From: Pseudomonadota bacterium
Lineage (GTDB): Bacteria; Pseudomonadota; Gammaproteobacteria; Burkholderiales; REEB80
DNA length: 64,000 nt
Direction: 5' to 3'
Assembly: GCA_018971485.1 (NCBI GenBank)
Contig: JAGXAQ010000001.1
Location: 131,371 to 195,370 of the forward strand
The position numbers and the translations under genes were made by a program. The notes beneath the pieces are model-generated. The model saw only the letters and a list, made by a program, of their open reading frames with translations. It ran no database searches and was not told the origin of the DNA. Shown one piece after another: positions 41,628 through 54,934 of this stretch; position 1 is the stretch's first letter; the number at the start of each line of letters is the position of its first letter.

Positions 41628-42296
41628 CTAAGGGGATTTCTCTAGCATGTAACCCAATCCCCTTATCGTACGGATTTGAATGCCGGCGTCTTCTAATTTT
41701 TTCCGGAGCCTATGAACATAAACCTCGATTGCATTGTTACCGACCTCCTCACTCCAACCACAAAGTTTCTCAGCAAGCAATTCCTTACTGACGACTCTGC
41801 CCTGGCGAAGCATCAATACCTCCATTACCCCAATTTCTCGGGCAGAAAGTTCAATAGGCTCATCACGGACATATGCCCTCCTGCCTGCCAAATCCAGCCG
41901 CAAAATACCCGATTGAAGAAATTCGTTTTTACTCCCATTATGCCGACGTATCAGAGCCCTCACACGCGCTTCCAATTCTGGAAGATCAAACGGTTTAGTC
42001 ATATAATCATCTGCGCCAAGATCAAGACCTGCTACCCGATCCTCAAGCAAGTCACGTGCTGTCAGAATTAGTACCGGCATTCTCGACTGCCTGCCTCTTA
42101 AACGCTTCAGTATCTGCAAACCATCCATCCGTGGAAGATTCAAATCAAGAATAACCAGATCATACTCTTGCATAGATAACGCAAGATCTGCATCTTGCCC
42201 ATTGTCTGTACTATCCACATGATAGCCTGCCTGTCTTAACGAGCGTGTCAATCCTTCTCGTAAAACTGTATCATCTTCTGCCAGATACAGACGCAT
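41628..42296 (-). CDS. OmpR/PhoB-family response regulator
   Basis: Receiver motifs (DDT.., ILDLNLPRMDG, TKPF) and a winged-helix C-terminus (RTIRGLGYML). Ends 6 nt upstream of the kinase gene. Confidence 0.92.
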   Translation of the reverse strand: MRLYLAEDDTVLREGLTRSLRQAGYHVDSTDNGQDADLALSMQEYDLVILDLNLPRMDGLQILKRLRGRQSRMPVLILTARDLLEDRVAGLDLGADDYMTKPFDLPELEARVRALIRRHNGSKNEFLQSGILRLDLAGRRAYVRDEPIELSAREIGVMEVLMLRQGRVVSKELLAEKLCGWSEEVGNNAIEVYVHRLRKKLEDAGIQIRTIRGLGYMLEKSP

Positions 42297-42376
42297 CGCT
42301 GAATTCCCCAGAATAATTTTTACTAACCACCATATAAAAACAAGTCGAAATCAAACTACCCACCTAAGCTTCTGCT

Positions 42377-44200
42377 TTATTCAACTGTAACGCTTTTAGC
42401 CAGATTACGGGGCTTGTCAACATCCGTGCCACGAATTACTGCCGTATGATAAGCCAGCAGCTGAAGGGGTACCGTATACAAAATGGGACTCAGGATTCCA
42501 CAAGAAAGAGGCAAGCGAATCAAATTAAGGCCCGAGCTCATCTGTCTATGACTATCCAGATCAGTAAACACGGTTAATTCACCTCCCCGAGCACGCACCT
42601 CTTGCAAGTTAGATTTAAGTTTGTCGATTAAAGCATCATTTGGAGCGATTGCAATTACCGGCATCTCAGCATCAATTAAGGCCAATGGCCCATGCTTTAA
42701 TTCGCCTGCGGGGTAAGCCTCAGCATGGATGTATGAAATTTCTTTAAGCTTAAGGGCTCCTTCCATCGCTACAGGGTAGTGAACACCCCGTCCCAGGAAA
42801 AGTGCATGCTGACGACGCGTTAAACGGGAGGCCATTTCAACTATATCCGGTTCAATAGCAAGCACTTCATGTATCTGGCCAGGAAGATGCCTTAATGCTT
42901 CCAGATACTCAACTTCCTTAGTTTCTGTCAAACGGCCACGAACCTTGGCAATCATCATGGCTAACAAAAACAAGACTACCAATTGTGTTGTAAAAGCTTT
43001 TGTCGATGCCACCCCAATTTCAGGCCCAGCGTGAGTCATAAACCGAAGTCTCGATTCTCTAACGAGGGCACTTTCAGCAACATTACAAACAGCCAGGCTC
43101 AATATTTCTCCCTGATGTTTTGCAAAATCAAGCGCAGCCAAAGTATCAGCAGTTTCCCCGGATTGTGAGATTGCAATAACGAGACCTTCCGGATCAGCAA
43201 CACTATCCCTATAACGGTACTCGCTTGCAATCTCTGCTGTTGACCTTATTCCTGCTATTGATTCAAGCCAATAGCGCGCAATGCATGCAGCATGATAGCT
43301 TGTTCCACAAGCAACCACCCTTACACTCTTTATTTTTCTCAGGATATCCGGAGCACCTTCTCCTAAAATTTCCGGGGTAACAGATGAAAGATGGCTAATA
43401 AATTCAATCGTGTCAGAAATAGCCTGAGGTTGTTCATGAATCTCTTTTTGCATAAAATGGCGCCAACTGCCTAACTCAGCCATCTCCGCTCTTTCATTAC
43501 TCAGCCAAACTGGCCGAATTACCTCAAGATCGCCGTTTTCAATCCGGATTGAATCCCGGCGAACCTCAACAATATCTCCTTCAGCCAAATCAATCATCTT
43601 GCGTGTTATCGGCAGCAAAGCTGAAACACCAGATGCTAGCAAATACTCATCTTCTCCCAATCCAACCAATAATGGGCTACCTTTTCTAGCCCCAATTATC
43701 CTATTCGGATCCCTCGCATTTAGCACCGCAATTGCATAAGCACCCTTCAGATCCTTGCAAGATAAACGTACTGCTATCAAAAAATCGTTAGTTTGTTTAA
43801 AAAAATGATGGATCAAATGTGCAATGACTTCGGTATCGGTATCACTCTCAAAACAGTACCCCAAAGAAACCAGTTTTTCTCTTAGGCTATCATGGTTTTC
43901 AATTATCCCATTATGAACTACAGCTATAGGCCCACTCATATGCGGATGCGCATTACGTTCAGTAGGCGCACCGTGGGTGGCCCATCTTGTATGAGCTATC
44001 CCTGCCCGGCCCTTCGCATCATTTTCATAAACAAGCTGCTCTAAAGAAGCAACACGGCCTACACTGCGCAAACAAAAAATATCTTCGTCAAGAAAAGCCA
44101 AACCGGCAGAGTCATATCCCCGGTACTCAAGTTTTTTTAATCCCTCAAGTAAAAGCGGAACTATATTGCGAGACGCTATAGCGGCGACAATCCCACACAT
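42377..44200 (-). CDS. glmS: glutamine--fructose-6-phosphate aminotransferase
   Basis: MCGIV N-terminal nucleophile, two SIS domains, C-terminal AKSVTVE. Confidence 0.96.
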   Translation of the reverse strand: MCGIVAAIASRNIVPLLLEGLKKLEYRGYDSAGLAFLDEDIFCLRSVGRVASLEQLVYENDAKGRAGIAHTRWATHGAPTERNAHPHMSGPIAVVHNGIIENHDSLREKLVSLGYCFESDTDTEVIAHLIHHFFKQTNDFLIAVRLSCKDLKGAYAIAVLNARDPNRIIGARKGSPLLVGLGEDEYLLASGVSALLPITRKMIDLAEGDIVEVRRDSIRIENGDLEVIRPVWLSNERAEMAELGSWRHFMQKEIHEQPQAISDTIEFISHLSSVTPEILGEGAPDILRKIKSVRVVACGTSYHAACIARYWLESIAGIRSTAEIASEYRYRDSVADPEGLVIAISQSGETADTLAALDFAKHQGEILSLAVCNVAESALVRESRLRFMTHAGPEIGVASTKAFTTQLVVLFLLAMMIAKVRGRLTETKEVEYLEALRHLPGQIHEVLAIEPDIVEMASRLTRRQHALFLGRGVHYPVAMEGALKLKEISYIHAEAYPAGELKHGPLALIDAEMPVIAIAPNDALIDKLKSNLQEVRARGGELTVFTDLDSHRQMSSGLNLIRLPLSCGILSPILYTVPLQLLAYHTAVIRGTDVDKPRNLAKSVTVE

Positions 44201-44204
44201 TGTT

Positions 44205-45590
44205 TTAATCCTGTTTTCTAATTTTCTTGGGTCTAACCCAATCCTTAACGCTAATCTGTTTCACCCTGCTCAGGGCAAGAGCACCCTCAGGGACCGTTTT
44301 AGTAATTGTTGAACCAGCGCCAATTGTTGCGCCCTGTTCAACAGTCACCGGGGCAACCAGTTGAGTATCCGATCCAATAAATACATTATCGCCAATAATA
44401 GTACGATGCTTGTTTTCCCCGTCAAAATTACAGGTAATCGTTCCAGCACCAATATTGACCCTTTCACCCACTTCACTATCTCCAACATAACTCATGTGGT
44501 TAATTTTGCTTTCGTTTCCAATTATGGCATTTTTTATTTCAACAAAGTCGCCAACATGAACTCCTGAGCCTAATTGAGTTCCAGGTCGAATGCGTGCATA
44601 AGGTCCGATCCTGGAGTCATTTCCTACTATTGCCGACTCCATGAGTGTATAAGGCAAAATCTGCACATTATTCCCTAAAATTACATCCCGTAATATTGAG
44701 TAAGCACCTACTTTTACGTTATCTCCTATTTTAACATTACCTTCAAAAATACATCCGATATCAATCTCTACATCCGTCCCGCAATCAAGCTGGCCACGAA
44801 CATCTATCCTGTCTGGATCTACAACACAGACTCCTTGATTTAACAATCGCTCAGCAGCCCGTTTTCGTAAAATTTTTTCAGCCATGGCAAGATGAGTTCG
44901 ATTGTTAATTCCTAGAGTTTCGTCCATATCAGTACTGATAAACGTATTAATTAAAATGCCTTCTCTAGCAGCCAAATCAATCAAATCAGTCAAGTAATAC
45001 TCTTTCTGTGCGTTTAAATTATTAATTTTTGGTAATAGGTCGCCTAGTTGCTCAGCTAAAATACACATTACACCAGTATTAATTTCATCAATCTTTTTTT
45101 CCGACTCAGTTGCATCTTTTTCTTCAACGATTCGCTTGACCGCTCCGTATCGATCCCGCACAACGCGACCATATCCTAAAGGGTTAACAATTTGTTGTGT
45201 TAGCAAGGACAGATTGTTTCGATCAACTTTATGCATTAACGCCTTTAATGTATCAGGATGCAAAAGTGGTACATCTCCGTACATAATCAATACCTTGGCA
45301 TGATGATCAATATAAGGTAAAGCCTGAAGCAATGCATGGCCTGTTCCGAGCAGTTCTTTCTGATGAACCAGCACCACATCTTGATTTACAAGAAACGAAG
45401 ATACCTGTTCAGCACCATATCCATAAACTACGATTATTTTTGCTGGCTGAAGTAACACTGCTGTTTGTAAAACATGTGCCAGCATCGGCTGGCCTGCCAG
45501 CTTCTGCATCACCTTGGGTTGTGCAGAAACCATTCTGGTCCCTTTTCCAGCAGCAAGAATAACAATATTAGATATAACTGCAGTACTCAT
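44205..45590 (-). CDS. glmU: bifunctional UDP-GlcNAc pyrophosphorylase / GlcN-1-P acetyltransferase
   Basis: LAAGKGTRM motif and C-terminal hexapeptide-repeat beta-helix. The ATG at 45590 (AAGG RBS) is preferred over the GTG at 45608. Confidence 0.93.
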   Translation of the reverse strand: MSTAVISNIVILAAGKGTRMVSAQPKVMQKLAGQPMLAHVLQTAVLLQPAKIIVVYGYGAEQVSSFLVNQDVVLVHQKELLGTGHALLQALPYIDHHAKVLIMYGDVPLLHPDTLKALMHKVDRNNLSLLTQQIVNPLGYGRVVRDRYGAVKRIVEEKDATESEKKIDEINTGVMCILAEQLGDLLPKINNLNAQKEYYLTDLIDLAAREGILINTFISTDMDETLGINNRTHLAMAEKILRKRAAERLLNQGVCVVDPDRIDVRGQLDCGTDVEIDIGCIFEGNVKIGDNVKVGAYSILRDVILGNNVQILPYTLMESAIVGNDSRIGPYARIRPGTQLGSGVHVGDFVEIKNAIIGNESKINHMSYVGDSEVGERVNIGAGTITCNFDGENKHRTIIGDNVFIGSDTQLVAPVTVEQGATIGAGSTITKTVPEGALALSRVKQISVKDWVRPKKIRKQD

Positions 45591-45659
45591 AAATGGCCTT
45601 TTACTCACCCTTTAACTCAAAACTACCTGACTTTTAATAACCAGACTTTCACGCTATCG

Positions 45660-45712
45660 TATCATTATATGTAAAAAGGCAGCCTAAGGCTGCCTTTTTA
45701 CATATAATGATA
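45660..45712 (-). terminator. intrinsic terminator after atpC, embedded in a 53-nt perfect palindrome
   Basis: 25-nt perfect arms (45660-45684 and 45688-45712) around a TAA loop. The GC core AGGCAGCC/GGCTGCCT is flanked by A5 and T5, so it is symmetric on both strands. Confidence 0.8.
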
Positions 45713-45720
45713 AAGTGATT

Positions 45721-46146
45721 CTAGTGACTACGTTTACGTAACCTCTCAATTGTTTGAATCTGCGCAACCGCTTCAGCCAATTCAACCTGTGCTTTTGCGA
45801 AATCCATCGTTCCATGATGTGTTCTCATAACCGCTTCAGCACGACTTTTTGCAGCCAATGCAAGACTTTCATCTAAATCTTCACCACGTACAGCCATATC
45901 TGACAGAATTGTTACCACTCCAGGCTGGATTTCAAGCACACCACCCGAAACATAAATCACTTCCTCAACCGTTTTATCCGGAGACTTAATTCTCACACTA
46001 CCTGGCTTCATTCTAGTAATCAACGGCGCATGATGCGGATAAATTCCAATTTCACCCATTTCTGCTGGCACCACCACAAACTCTGCTATTCCAGAAAAAA
46101 GCATCTGCTCCGTACTAACAACATCCACATGAACAGTCATTGCCAT
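45721..46146 (-). CDS. atpC: F0F1 ATP synthase subunit epsilon
   Basis: MAMTVHVDVVSTEQMLFSG matches the E. coli AtpC N-terminus. AGGAGG RBS. Tandem ATGs (46149/46146) leave the exact start uncertain. Confidence 0.93.
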   Translation of the reverse strand: MAMTVHVDVVSTEQMLFSGIAEFVVVPAEMGEIGIYPHHAPLITRMKPGSVRIKSPDKTVEEVIYVSGGVLEIQPGVVTILSDMAVRGEDLDESLALAAKSRAEAVMRTHHGTMDFAKAQVELAEAVAQIQTIERLRKRSH

Positions 46147-46160
46147 CATTCCTCCTACGA

Positions 46161-47570
<1,410 letters not shown>

Positions 47571-48431
47571 TCAGACTGCTGCCGCACCTGCGACAATTTC
47601 AGACAATTCCTTGGTAATAGCCGCCTGTCTGGTCTTGTTATAGATGAGCTGCAATTCCTGGATTACATTACCAGCATTTTCCGATGCTGACTTCATGGCA
47701 ACCATTCTTGAACTTTGCTCAGATGCCATGTTTTCAGAAACGGCCTGATAAATAAGGGCCTCTATATAACGGGACAAAACATGATCTATTATAACCTTTG
47801 CGTCAGGCTCATAAATATAATCCCACTGACCAGGCTGCGCATCTGATGCATTACCGGATAATGGTAATATTTGCTCTATTACCGGCTCTTGCTTCATTGT
47901 ATTTACGAAACGGTTATATGTTAGCCACAATGAATCAATTCGGCCCTCTCTATAGGAATCTAGCATCACTTTAACCGGGCCGATCAAGGCCTCAAGATGA
48001 GGCGTATCTCCAAGCTGGGACACCTCAGAAACTATATTCGCATGCATACGATGCATAAACGAAAAGCCTTTTCCTCCAAGAGTTGTCACATCCGCTTCAA
48101 TATGATTTGAGCTCCATTCTTTAAGTCTATTTAATGCCATACGCAACACATTTGTATTCAGCCCGCCACATAAGCCTTTATCCGAAGTTACAATAATGAG
48201 GCCTGATCGCTTAATTGGTCTAGATTGCAAGAAAGGGTGCCTGTATTCCGAAGATGCCTTACTTAAATGTGCTGCTATCCTTCTAACTTTTTCACCAAAA
48301 GGCCTTGCGGCACGCATACGATCCTGGGCTTTTCGCATCTTGGACGCAGCAACCATCTCCATCGCACTTGTGATCTTCTGAGTATTCTGAACACTCTTAA
48401 TTTTAGTCCGAATTTCCTTACCGCCAGCCAT
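47571..48431 (-). CDS. atpG: F0F1 ATP synthase subunit gamma
   Basis: 286 aa starting [21 protein letters not shown] and ending with the [10 protein letters not shown]-terminal helix. Confidence 0.95.
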   Translation of the reverse strand: MAGGKEIRTKIKSVQNTQKITSAMEMVAASKMRKAQDRMRAARPFGEKVRRIAAHLSKASSEYRHPFLQSRPIKRSGLIIVTSDKGLCGGLNTNVLRMALNRLKEWSSNHIEADVTTLGGKGFSFMHRMHANIVSEVSQLGDTPHLEALIGPVKVMLDSYREGRIDSLWLTYNRFVNTMKQEPVIEQILPLSGNASDAQPGQWDYIYEPDAKVIIDHVLSRYIEALIYQAVSENMASEQSSRMVAMKSASENAGNVIQELQLIYNKTRQAAITKELSEIVAGAAAV

Positions 48432-48485
48432 TACCTAGCCCTCATTATTTTCTGGACAATGATTGAGACATAATTTTTTACTAAA

Positions 48486-50027
48486 TCAATAGACACCATT
48501 AGCCTGAAACTCTTCTATAGCCTTGTTCAATGTTTTTTCCGACTCTGCATCCACATCTCCAGACTCATCAATCTTATCCAGAAGATCCGGACAGTTTTCG
48601 TTAATATATGAGAACAAAGCTGATTCAAAAGCCAGCACCTTGTTAACCGGCACACCATCCAAGAATCCCTTGTTCACAGCAAACAACGAAACCACCATTG
48701 CTGAAACCTTCATGGGTGAGTATTGCAGCTGTTTCATCAACTCCGTTACCAATTTCCCACGCTCAAGTTGTTTACGCGTTGCGTCATCAAGATCAGATGC
48801 AAATTGTGCAAATGCGGCCAACTCCCGATATTGTGCTAACGCTAATCGAATACCGCCACCCAGTTTCTTAATTGCCTTAGTTTGTGCAGCTCCGCCCACA
48901 CGAGATACAGACAAGCCAGCATTAATGGCTGGTCGAATTCCTGCATTAAATAAATCTGTTTCAAGAAAAATCTGCCCATCTGTAATTGAAATAACATTCG
49001 TTGGAACAAATGCCGAAACATCACCGGCCTGAGTTTCAATAATAGGCAGAGCTGTTAAGGATCCAGTTTTTCCTTGAACTTTTCCCTGGGTCATACGTTC
49101 AACATAATCTGCATTAACCCTCGCAGAACGCTCAAGCAACCGTGAATGAAGGTAAAACACATCCCCCGGATAAGCTTCACGCCCAGGCGGCCTTCTCAAG
49201 AGCAGCGAAATCTGCCTATAAGCCCAAGCCTGTTTGGTCAAATCATCATAGACAATTAACGCATCTTCACCACGATCACGAAAGAACTCTCCCATGGCGC
49301 AACCAGAATAAGGTGCGATATATTGCATTGCAGCAGAATCTGAAGCAGAAGCTGCAACGATAATCGTATGCTCCATTGCCCCATGTTCTTCAAGTTTTCT
49401 AACTACATTTGCAATAGACGATGCTTTCTGACCTATTGCAACATAAATGCATATAACCCCTGTTCCCTTCTGGTTAATAATCGCATCTACAGCAACAGCA
49501 GTCTTTCCTGTCTGACGATCCCCAATAATCAACTCACGTTGACCACGACCAATTGGCACCATTGCATCAATCGACTTCAGTCCGGTTTGCATTGGCTGTG
49601 AAACAGATTGGCGCGCAATAACTCCTGGTGCAACCTTTTCTATAGGAGATGTCAACTCTGTTAACACTGGCCCCTTACCATCAATAGGCTGCCCCAATGA
49701 ATTTACGACACGGCCAATCAGCGATTCTCCAACGGGAACCTCAAGAATTCTTCCCGTACATTTGACTATATCGCCTTCACTAATCCCCTCATATTCGCCC
49801 AGAATAACTGTACCTACAGAGTCACGCTCCAAATTAAGTGCAAGCCCAAAAACACCACCAGGAAACTCCAGCATTTCTCCTTGCATGACGTTACTAAGAC
49901 CATGAACGCGTACAATCCCGTCAGTATTAGTTACTACGGTACCCTGAGTCGTTGACTCCAACCCTGTATCAAGACCTTGAATCTTGCTTTTAATCAGTTC
50001 ACTGATTTCCGAGGGGTTTAATTGCAT
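48486..50027 (-). CDS. atpA: F0F1 ATP synthase subunit alpha
   Basis: 513 aa with Walker A GDRQTGKT. Operon position fits. Confidence 0.96.
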   Translation of the reverse strand: MQLNPSEISELIKSKIQGLDTGLESTTQGTVVTNTDGIVRVHGLSNVMQGEMLEFPGGVFGLALNLERDSVGTVILGEYEGISEGDIVKCTGRILEVPVGESLIGRVVNSLGQPIDGKGPVLTELTSPIEKVAPGVIARQSVSQPMQTGLKSIDAMVPIGRGQRELIIGDRQTGKTAVAVDAIINQKGTGVICIYVAIGQKASSIANVVRKLEEHGAMEHTIIVAASASDSAAMQYIAPYSGCAMGEFFRDRGEDALIVYDDLTKQAWAYRQISLLLRRPPGREAYPGDVFYLHSRLLERSARVNADYVERMTQGKVQGKTGSLTALPIIETQAGDVSAFVPTNVISITDGQIFLETDLFNAGIRPAINAGLSVSRVGGAAQTKAIKKLGGGIRLALAQYRELAAFAQFASDLDDATRKQLERGKLVTELMKQLQYSPMKVSAMVVSLFAVNKGFLDGVPVNKVLAFESALFSYINENCPDLLDKIDESGDVDAESEKTLNKAIEEFQANGVY

Positions 50028-50035
50028 GATCTCTC

Positions 50036-50575
50036 CTAACGTTGAAGCGTAAAGGCCATTTTTTGCAACTGACCCTTAACAGTTGCATCAATGACATTAT
50101 CACCAATAACAATTTTTACACCACCTATAAGCTCAACATCCTCATGAACACTTACATTTACATGGCGGCTATATCTATTCTCAAGGTGTTTAGTAAGCAC
50201 TTCACACTGTTTTTTGGTCAACGGGAATGCTGTATATATATCAGCTTCCAATACTCCCTGTTCGTCATCCTTCAGTATTTCATACATTCGATAAATTTCA
50301 GGCAAGAACTGCAACCGACCATTATCAAGCAAGAGCTGAATCAAATTTTTGCCCTCAGGAGAAATGTCTTGGCCCATAACAGACAATAATATCTGATTCT
50401 TTTGTTTATCTGACAAATCAGGATTGCCAAGCAGTCGGCTCATCTGAGGATCCTCGACTATGCTTGTCGCAAATGAAAGCATCTTCTCCCATGCATCATA
50501 GGATTTACCATCCCTGGCAATTCTAATTAAAGCTTCTGCATAAGGCCGCGCAATCGTTAATGTATCAGTAGCCAT
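50036..50575 (-). CDS. atpH: F0F1 ATP synthase subunit delta
   Basis: 179-aa OSCP-like protein (ARPYAEAL start). Operon position fits. Confidence 0.92.
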   Translation of the reverse strand: MATDTLTIARPYAEALIRIARDGKSYDAWEKMLSFATSIVEDPQMSRLLGNPDLSDKQKNQILLSVMGQDISPEGKNLIQLLLDNGRLQFLPEIYRMYEILKDDEQGVLEADIYTAFPLTKKQCEVLTKHLENRYSRHVNVSVHEDVELIGGVKIVIGDNVIDATVKGQLQKMAFTLQR

Positions 50576-50577
50576 CG

Positions 50578-51048
50578 TCAGATCTCATTTTCAATTGAAG
50601 ACAAAAGCTTGGCATGCACTTTAGCATCGACTTCACGTCGAAGAATCTGTTCAGCCCCTGCAACAACCAATCCAGCAACCTGCAGCCGCAAAGACTCCCG
50701 TGCACGAGAAATTTCCTGTTGGATTTCAGCTTTCGCTCCTACAATCAATCTATCCGCCTCTACTCTGGCCTGCTCTTTGGCCTGCTCAACAATTTGCCCC
50801 CCACGTTTTTCAGCAGTTGCTATCATTTCCGAGGCTTTTTCACGGGCATCTCGTAAAACATCTTCAGCGCGGTGGGCTGCGAGCTCCAACTGATGCTGCC
50901 CACGCTCACCCGCTGCTAAACCATCAGCAATTTTTTTTGAACGGGCTTCCATAGCTGCAGTAATCGGGGTCCAGACATACTTCATCACAAACCAAATCAG
51001 GATGATAAATGTAATCATCTGGCCGATAATGGTTGCATTTACATTCAC
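50578..51048 (-). CDS. atpF: F0F1 ATP synthase subunit b
   Basis: 156 aa with an N-terminal TM and then a long charged, Ala-rich helix. Confidence 0.92.
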   Translation of the reverse strand: MNVNATIIGQMITFIILIWFVMKYVWTPITAAMEARSKKIADGLAAGERGQHQLELAAHRAEDVLRDAREKASEMIATAEKRGGQIVEQAKEQARVEADRLIVGAKAEIQQEISRARESLRLQVAGLVVAGAEQILRREVDAKVHAKLLSSIENEI

Positions 51049-51078
51049 TTGTCGCTCCCTTTACGCTTTTGCTTAAAA

Positions 51079-51363
51079 TTATCCAAGTGCACCAACAAAC
51101 GGGTTTGCCAGTGTGAACCACATAGCCAAACCAAGCGCAATCATTGGAAAAGCCTCCATTAGCCCACCAAATAAAAACGTGTTTTTCATTAAAACAGGAG
51201 CCATTTCAGGCTGACGAGTCAAACCTTCCAATGTTTTCGAGCAGATAAGCCCCCAGCCAATAGCTGAGCCTAAGGCTGCACCTGCAAGCATAAGACCGGC
51301 TGCAACAGCAGTCATACCCTCAATATTTGCAATCAGTGCAATGTTTGCAACTTGATCCATCAT
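51079..51363 (-). CDS. atpE: F0F1 ATP synthase subunit c
   Basis: Hairpin of two TM helices with an RQPE loop and a carboxylate in helix 2 (GLMEAFPMI). Confidence 0.92.
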   Translation of the reverse strand: MMDQVANIALIANIEGMTAVAAGLMLAGAALGSAIGWGLICSKTLEGLTRQPEMAPVLMKNTFLFGGLMEAFPMIALGLAMWFTLANPFVGALG

Positions 51364-51409
51364 AAACTCCTTATGTTTTAATAATTACAGATAACAGAAT
51401 AAACCTGCT

Positions 51410-52563
<1,154 letters not shown>

Positions 52564-52598
52564 GCCATCACATTCACAAGATTCAAAACCCGCAAAAT

Positions 52599-52626
52599 TG
52601 TATACGAAAGTGGTATATCCCGTCAA
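52599..52626 (-). promoter_or_regulatory. putative sigma70 promoter of the atp operon
   Basis: Minus strand reads TTGACG (52626-52621), 16 nt, TATACA (52604-52599). It lies about 35 nt upstream of the atpI ATG at 52563. Confidence 0.45.
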
Positions 52627-52665
52627 CCCAACAGGCCTATCCCGAAATGATTAAAACAAGACCAG

Positions 52666-53490
52666 CTAAGGGGAAAAACGCGCAAGAATCTGTTTAATTT
52701 CCTCTTCATTCTGAAAATCGATTACGAGTGTTCCTTGACCCCCCGATTGTGTTTTTAAACGCGCCTTAAATCCAAGCCTGCCTTTAATACTCAAAAACCA
52801 CTCCGGCTCTGACTTTTTGATGGCTTTCCGAGGGAATCCATTTAACTGCCTGGCCACCAGGGCTTCAGTTTGCCTGACGGTGAGTTTCTTATTAATAACC
52901 TGTTCTACACTAATGTCCTGATGCTCAAAATCAAGAGCCAGCAAAGCCCTGGCATGACCCATATCAATTTCTGAAGCCAAAAGATGCCCCTGAACCCGCG
53001 AAGATAACTGCATCAGCCTTAACAAATTGCTTACTGCACTTCTTGAACGCCCAACAGCTTCAGCTGCCGCCTGGTGAGTCAAACCGAATTCTTCAATTAA
53101 ACGAGCAATGCCCTGAGCCTCTTCCAAAGGATTTAAATCTTCTCTCTGTATATTTTCAATCAAGGCCATAACTAACGCATTCTCATCCTCAACTTCCCGA
53201 ATCTGAACCGGCACATGATTCAAACCAGCCTGCTTTGCAGCGCGCCAACGTCTTTCGCCTGCAATAATTTCATATTTTCCACCATAAATTTTACGTACAA
53301 GAATAGGCTGTATAATGCCCTGTTTTCTTATTGATTCACATAAACGAGTTAATGATTCTGTATCCATATTTGAACGAGGCTGGTATTTCCCGGGAACAAG
53401 TTCATCAACTGCGAGAGTATTCACAGTTTTTTCTGGCTCACTACCTAACAATACATCAAGCCCACGTCCAAGCCCTTTAATTTGCGTCAT
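52666..53490 (-). CDS. parB: chromosome partitioning protein ParB
   Basis: GLGRGLDVLL N-terminus, ParB box GERRWRAA and an HTH region. 4-nt overlap with parA. Confidence 0.95.
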   Translation of the reverse strand: MTQIKGLGRGLDVLLGSEPEKTVNTLAVDELVPGKYQPRSNMDTESLTRLCESIRKQGIIQPILVRKIYGGKYEIIAGERRWRAAKQAGLNHVPVQIREVEDENALVMALIENIQREDLNPLEEAQGIARLIEEFGLTHQAAAEAVGRSRSAVSNLLRLMQLSSRVQGHLLASEIDMGHARALLALDFEHQDISVEQVINKKLTVRQTEALVARQLNGFPRKAIKKSEPEWFLSIKGRLGFKARLKTQSGGQGTLVIDFQNEEEIKQILARFSP

Positions 53491-54266
53491 TGTGAAAACT
53501 CCACTGCTGCTTTACGAAGCATCTCACCTGCCAATGTCAAATATGCTTGAGCCCCTTTAGATTTTTTATCATGTACAAGAACTGGTATTCCAAAGCTTGG
53601 GGCCTCAGCCAAACGTATATTCCTAGGTATTACAGTACGATACACCTTATTTCCAAAATGCTCCTGTAATTGCAAGGATACTTGTTGAGCCAATGCATTA
53701 CGCGGATCAAACATTGTTCGAAGTAATCCTTCAATTTCCAGAGCAGGATTAAGGTGAAGACGAACACGTCGTATCGTCTGCACCAGGTCAGACAACCCTT
53801 CAAGCGCATAATATTCACACTGCATTGGAATCATTACCGATTCTGCTGCACACAGACCATTTACTGTCAACAGATTCAATGCTGGAGGGCAATCAATTAA
53901 AATATAATCATATTCTGAAGATACCTCTTTCAAACTATCTTTAAGCCGATGCTCTCTATCGGGCATGTTGACCAGCTCGATTTCTGCACCAGCCAGTTCT
54001 CGATTAGCGGGTAATAAATCATATTTGCCCTTGCCTGACATCAGGCGAATATCGCGTACTCCAGCAGATCCTAGCAAGACATCATATATTGAACCTGTCA
54101 ATTTATTCTTATCAACGCCACTTCCCATGGTGGCATTACCCTGCGGATCCAGATCTACAACTAGAACGCGACGCTTTGTCACTGCCAAACTGGCTGCTAG
54201 ATTAACCGTAGTCGTTGTTTTTCCAACCCCGCCCTTTTGATTTGCCACTGCCAGAACTCTTGACAT
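53487..54266 (-). CDS. parA: chromosome partitioning ATPase ParA/Soj
   Basis: MSRVLAVANQKGGVGKTTTTVNL, starting at the ATG at 54266. The track start at 54296 is a TTG that overlaps rsmG. Confidence 0.93.
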   Translation of the reverse strand: MSRVLAVANQKGGVGKTTTTVNLAASLAVTKRRVLVVDLDPQGNATMGSGVDKNKLTGSIYDVLLGSAGVRDIRLMSGKGKYDLLPANRELAGAEIELVNMPDREHRLKDSLKEVSSEYDYILIDCPPALNLLTVNGLCAAESVMIPMQCEYYALEGLSDLVQTIRRVRLHLNPALEIEGLLRTMFDPRNALAQQVSLQLQEHFGNKVYRTVIPRNIRLAEAPSFGIPVLVHDKKSKGAQAYLTLAGEMLRKAAVEFSQ

Positions 54267-54292
54267 ACCCCCCCCGAACATATCTGCCAACC

Positions 54293-54934
54293 TCAAATAG
54301 CCATCAGTTCTACTTGTGGCCTTAAAACAACTAAATGACGCTTAGCATTCAAGCCAGGAACTGTCAGCGGGACCACTTCCTGCACTACCACACTTTCAGG
54401 CAACTGCGTTAATTCATCATATGGGTATATTCCCTTCATAGCGAGAATCATACTGTCCTGATGACACAGCGGATAAACCAGTTTTGCATACTCTCCTAAG
54501 TCGCAAAACGCCCTTGATATGAAACAGTCATAGTGATTCTGACGGGGAAGCGCGTCAACTCTTTCACATTTAACTAAAATATTGGGCAAGCCCAGTTCTA
54601 ATTTAACCTGAGTTAAAAAAGTAGTTTTCTTATGATTACTATCCAAGAGGGTAACCGTAGAATGAGGGCAGACTATTGCCAGAGGAATTCCAGGCAATCC
54701 GGCTCCACTTCCAACATCCAACAAGGACCCGCCATGCAACCAGGGCGCAACCGAAAGTGAATCCAAAAGATGCTGCGCTACCATTTCTTCAGGATCCCGG
54801 ATAGCTGTTAAATTATAGACCCGATTCCATTTTACAATTAACCCAATATAATCTATTAATTTATCAGACATCTCATCTGACAGACTTACATTCAAGCCCA
54901 TAGCCAGATTAACAAGGCTCTTTTTATCAATCAT
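54293..54934 (-). CDS. rsmG: 16S rRNA (guanine527-N7)-methyltransferase
   Basis: SAM motif [18 protein letters not shown] overlap with mnmG. Confidence 0.94.
   Translation of the reverse strand: MIDKKSLVNLAMGLNVSLSDEMSDKLIDYIGLIVKWNRVYNLTAIRDPEEMVAQHLLDSLSVAPWLHGGSLLDVGSGAGLPGIPLAIVCPHSTVTLLDSNHKKTTFLTQVKLELGLPNILVKCERVDALPRQNHYDCFISRAFCDLGEYAKLVYPLCHQDSMILAMKGIYPYDELTQLPESVVVQEVVPLTVPGLNAKRHLVVLRPQVELMAI

Noticed and set aside
54268-54275. C8/G8 homopolymer at the parA translation-initiation region, and a second one at 40366-40373 inside the kinase G-box; possible phase-variable tracts.
   Set aside because: Both encode Gly-Gly(-Gly) using GGG codons. The same genome has several 6-7-nt G/C runs at Gly or Pro codons (334-340, 19246-19252, 29102-29108). 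One sequence gives no evidence of length variation.
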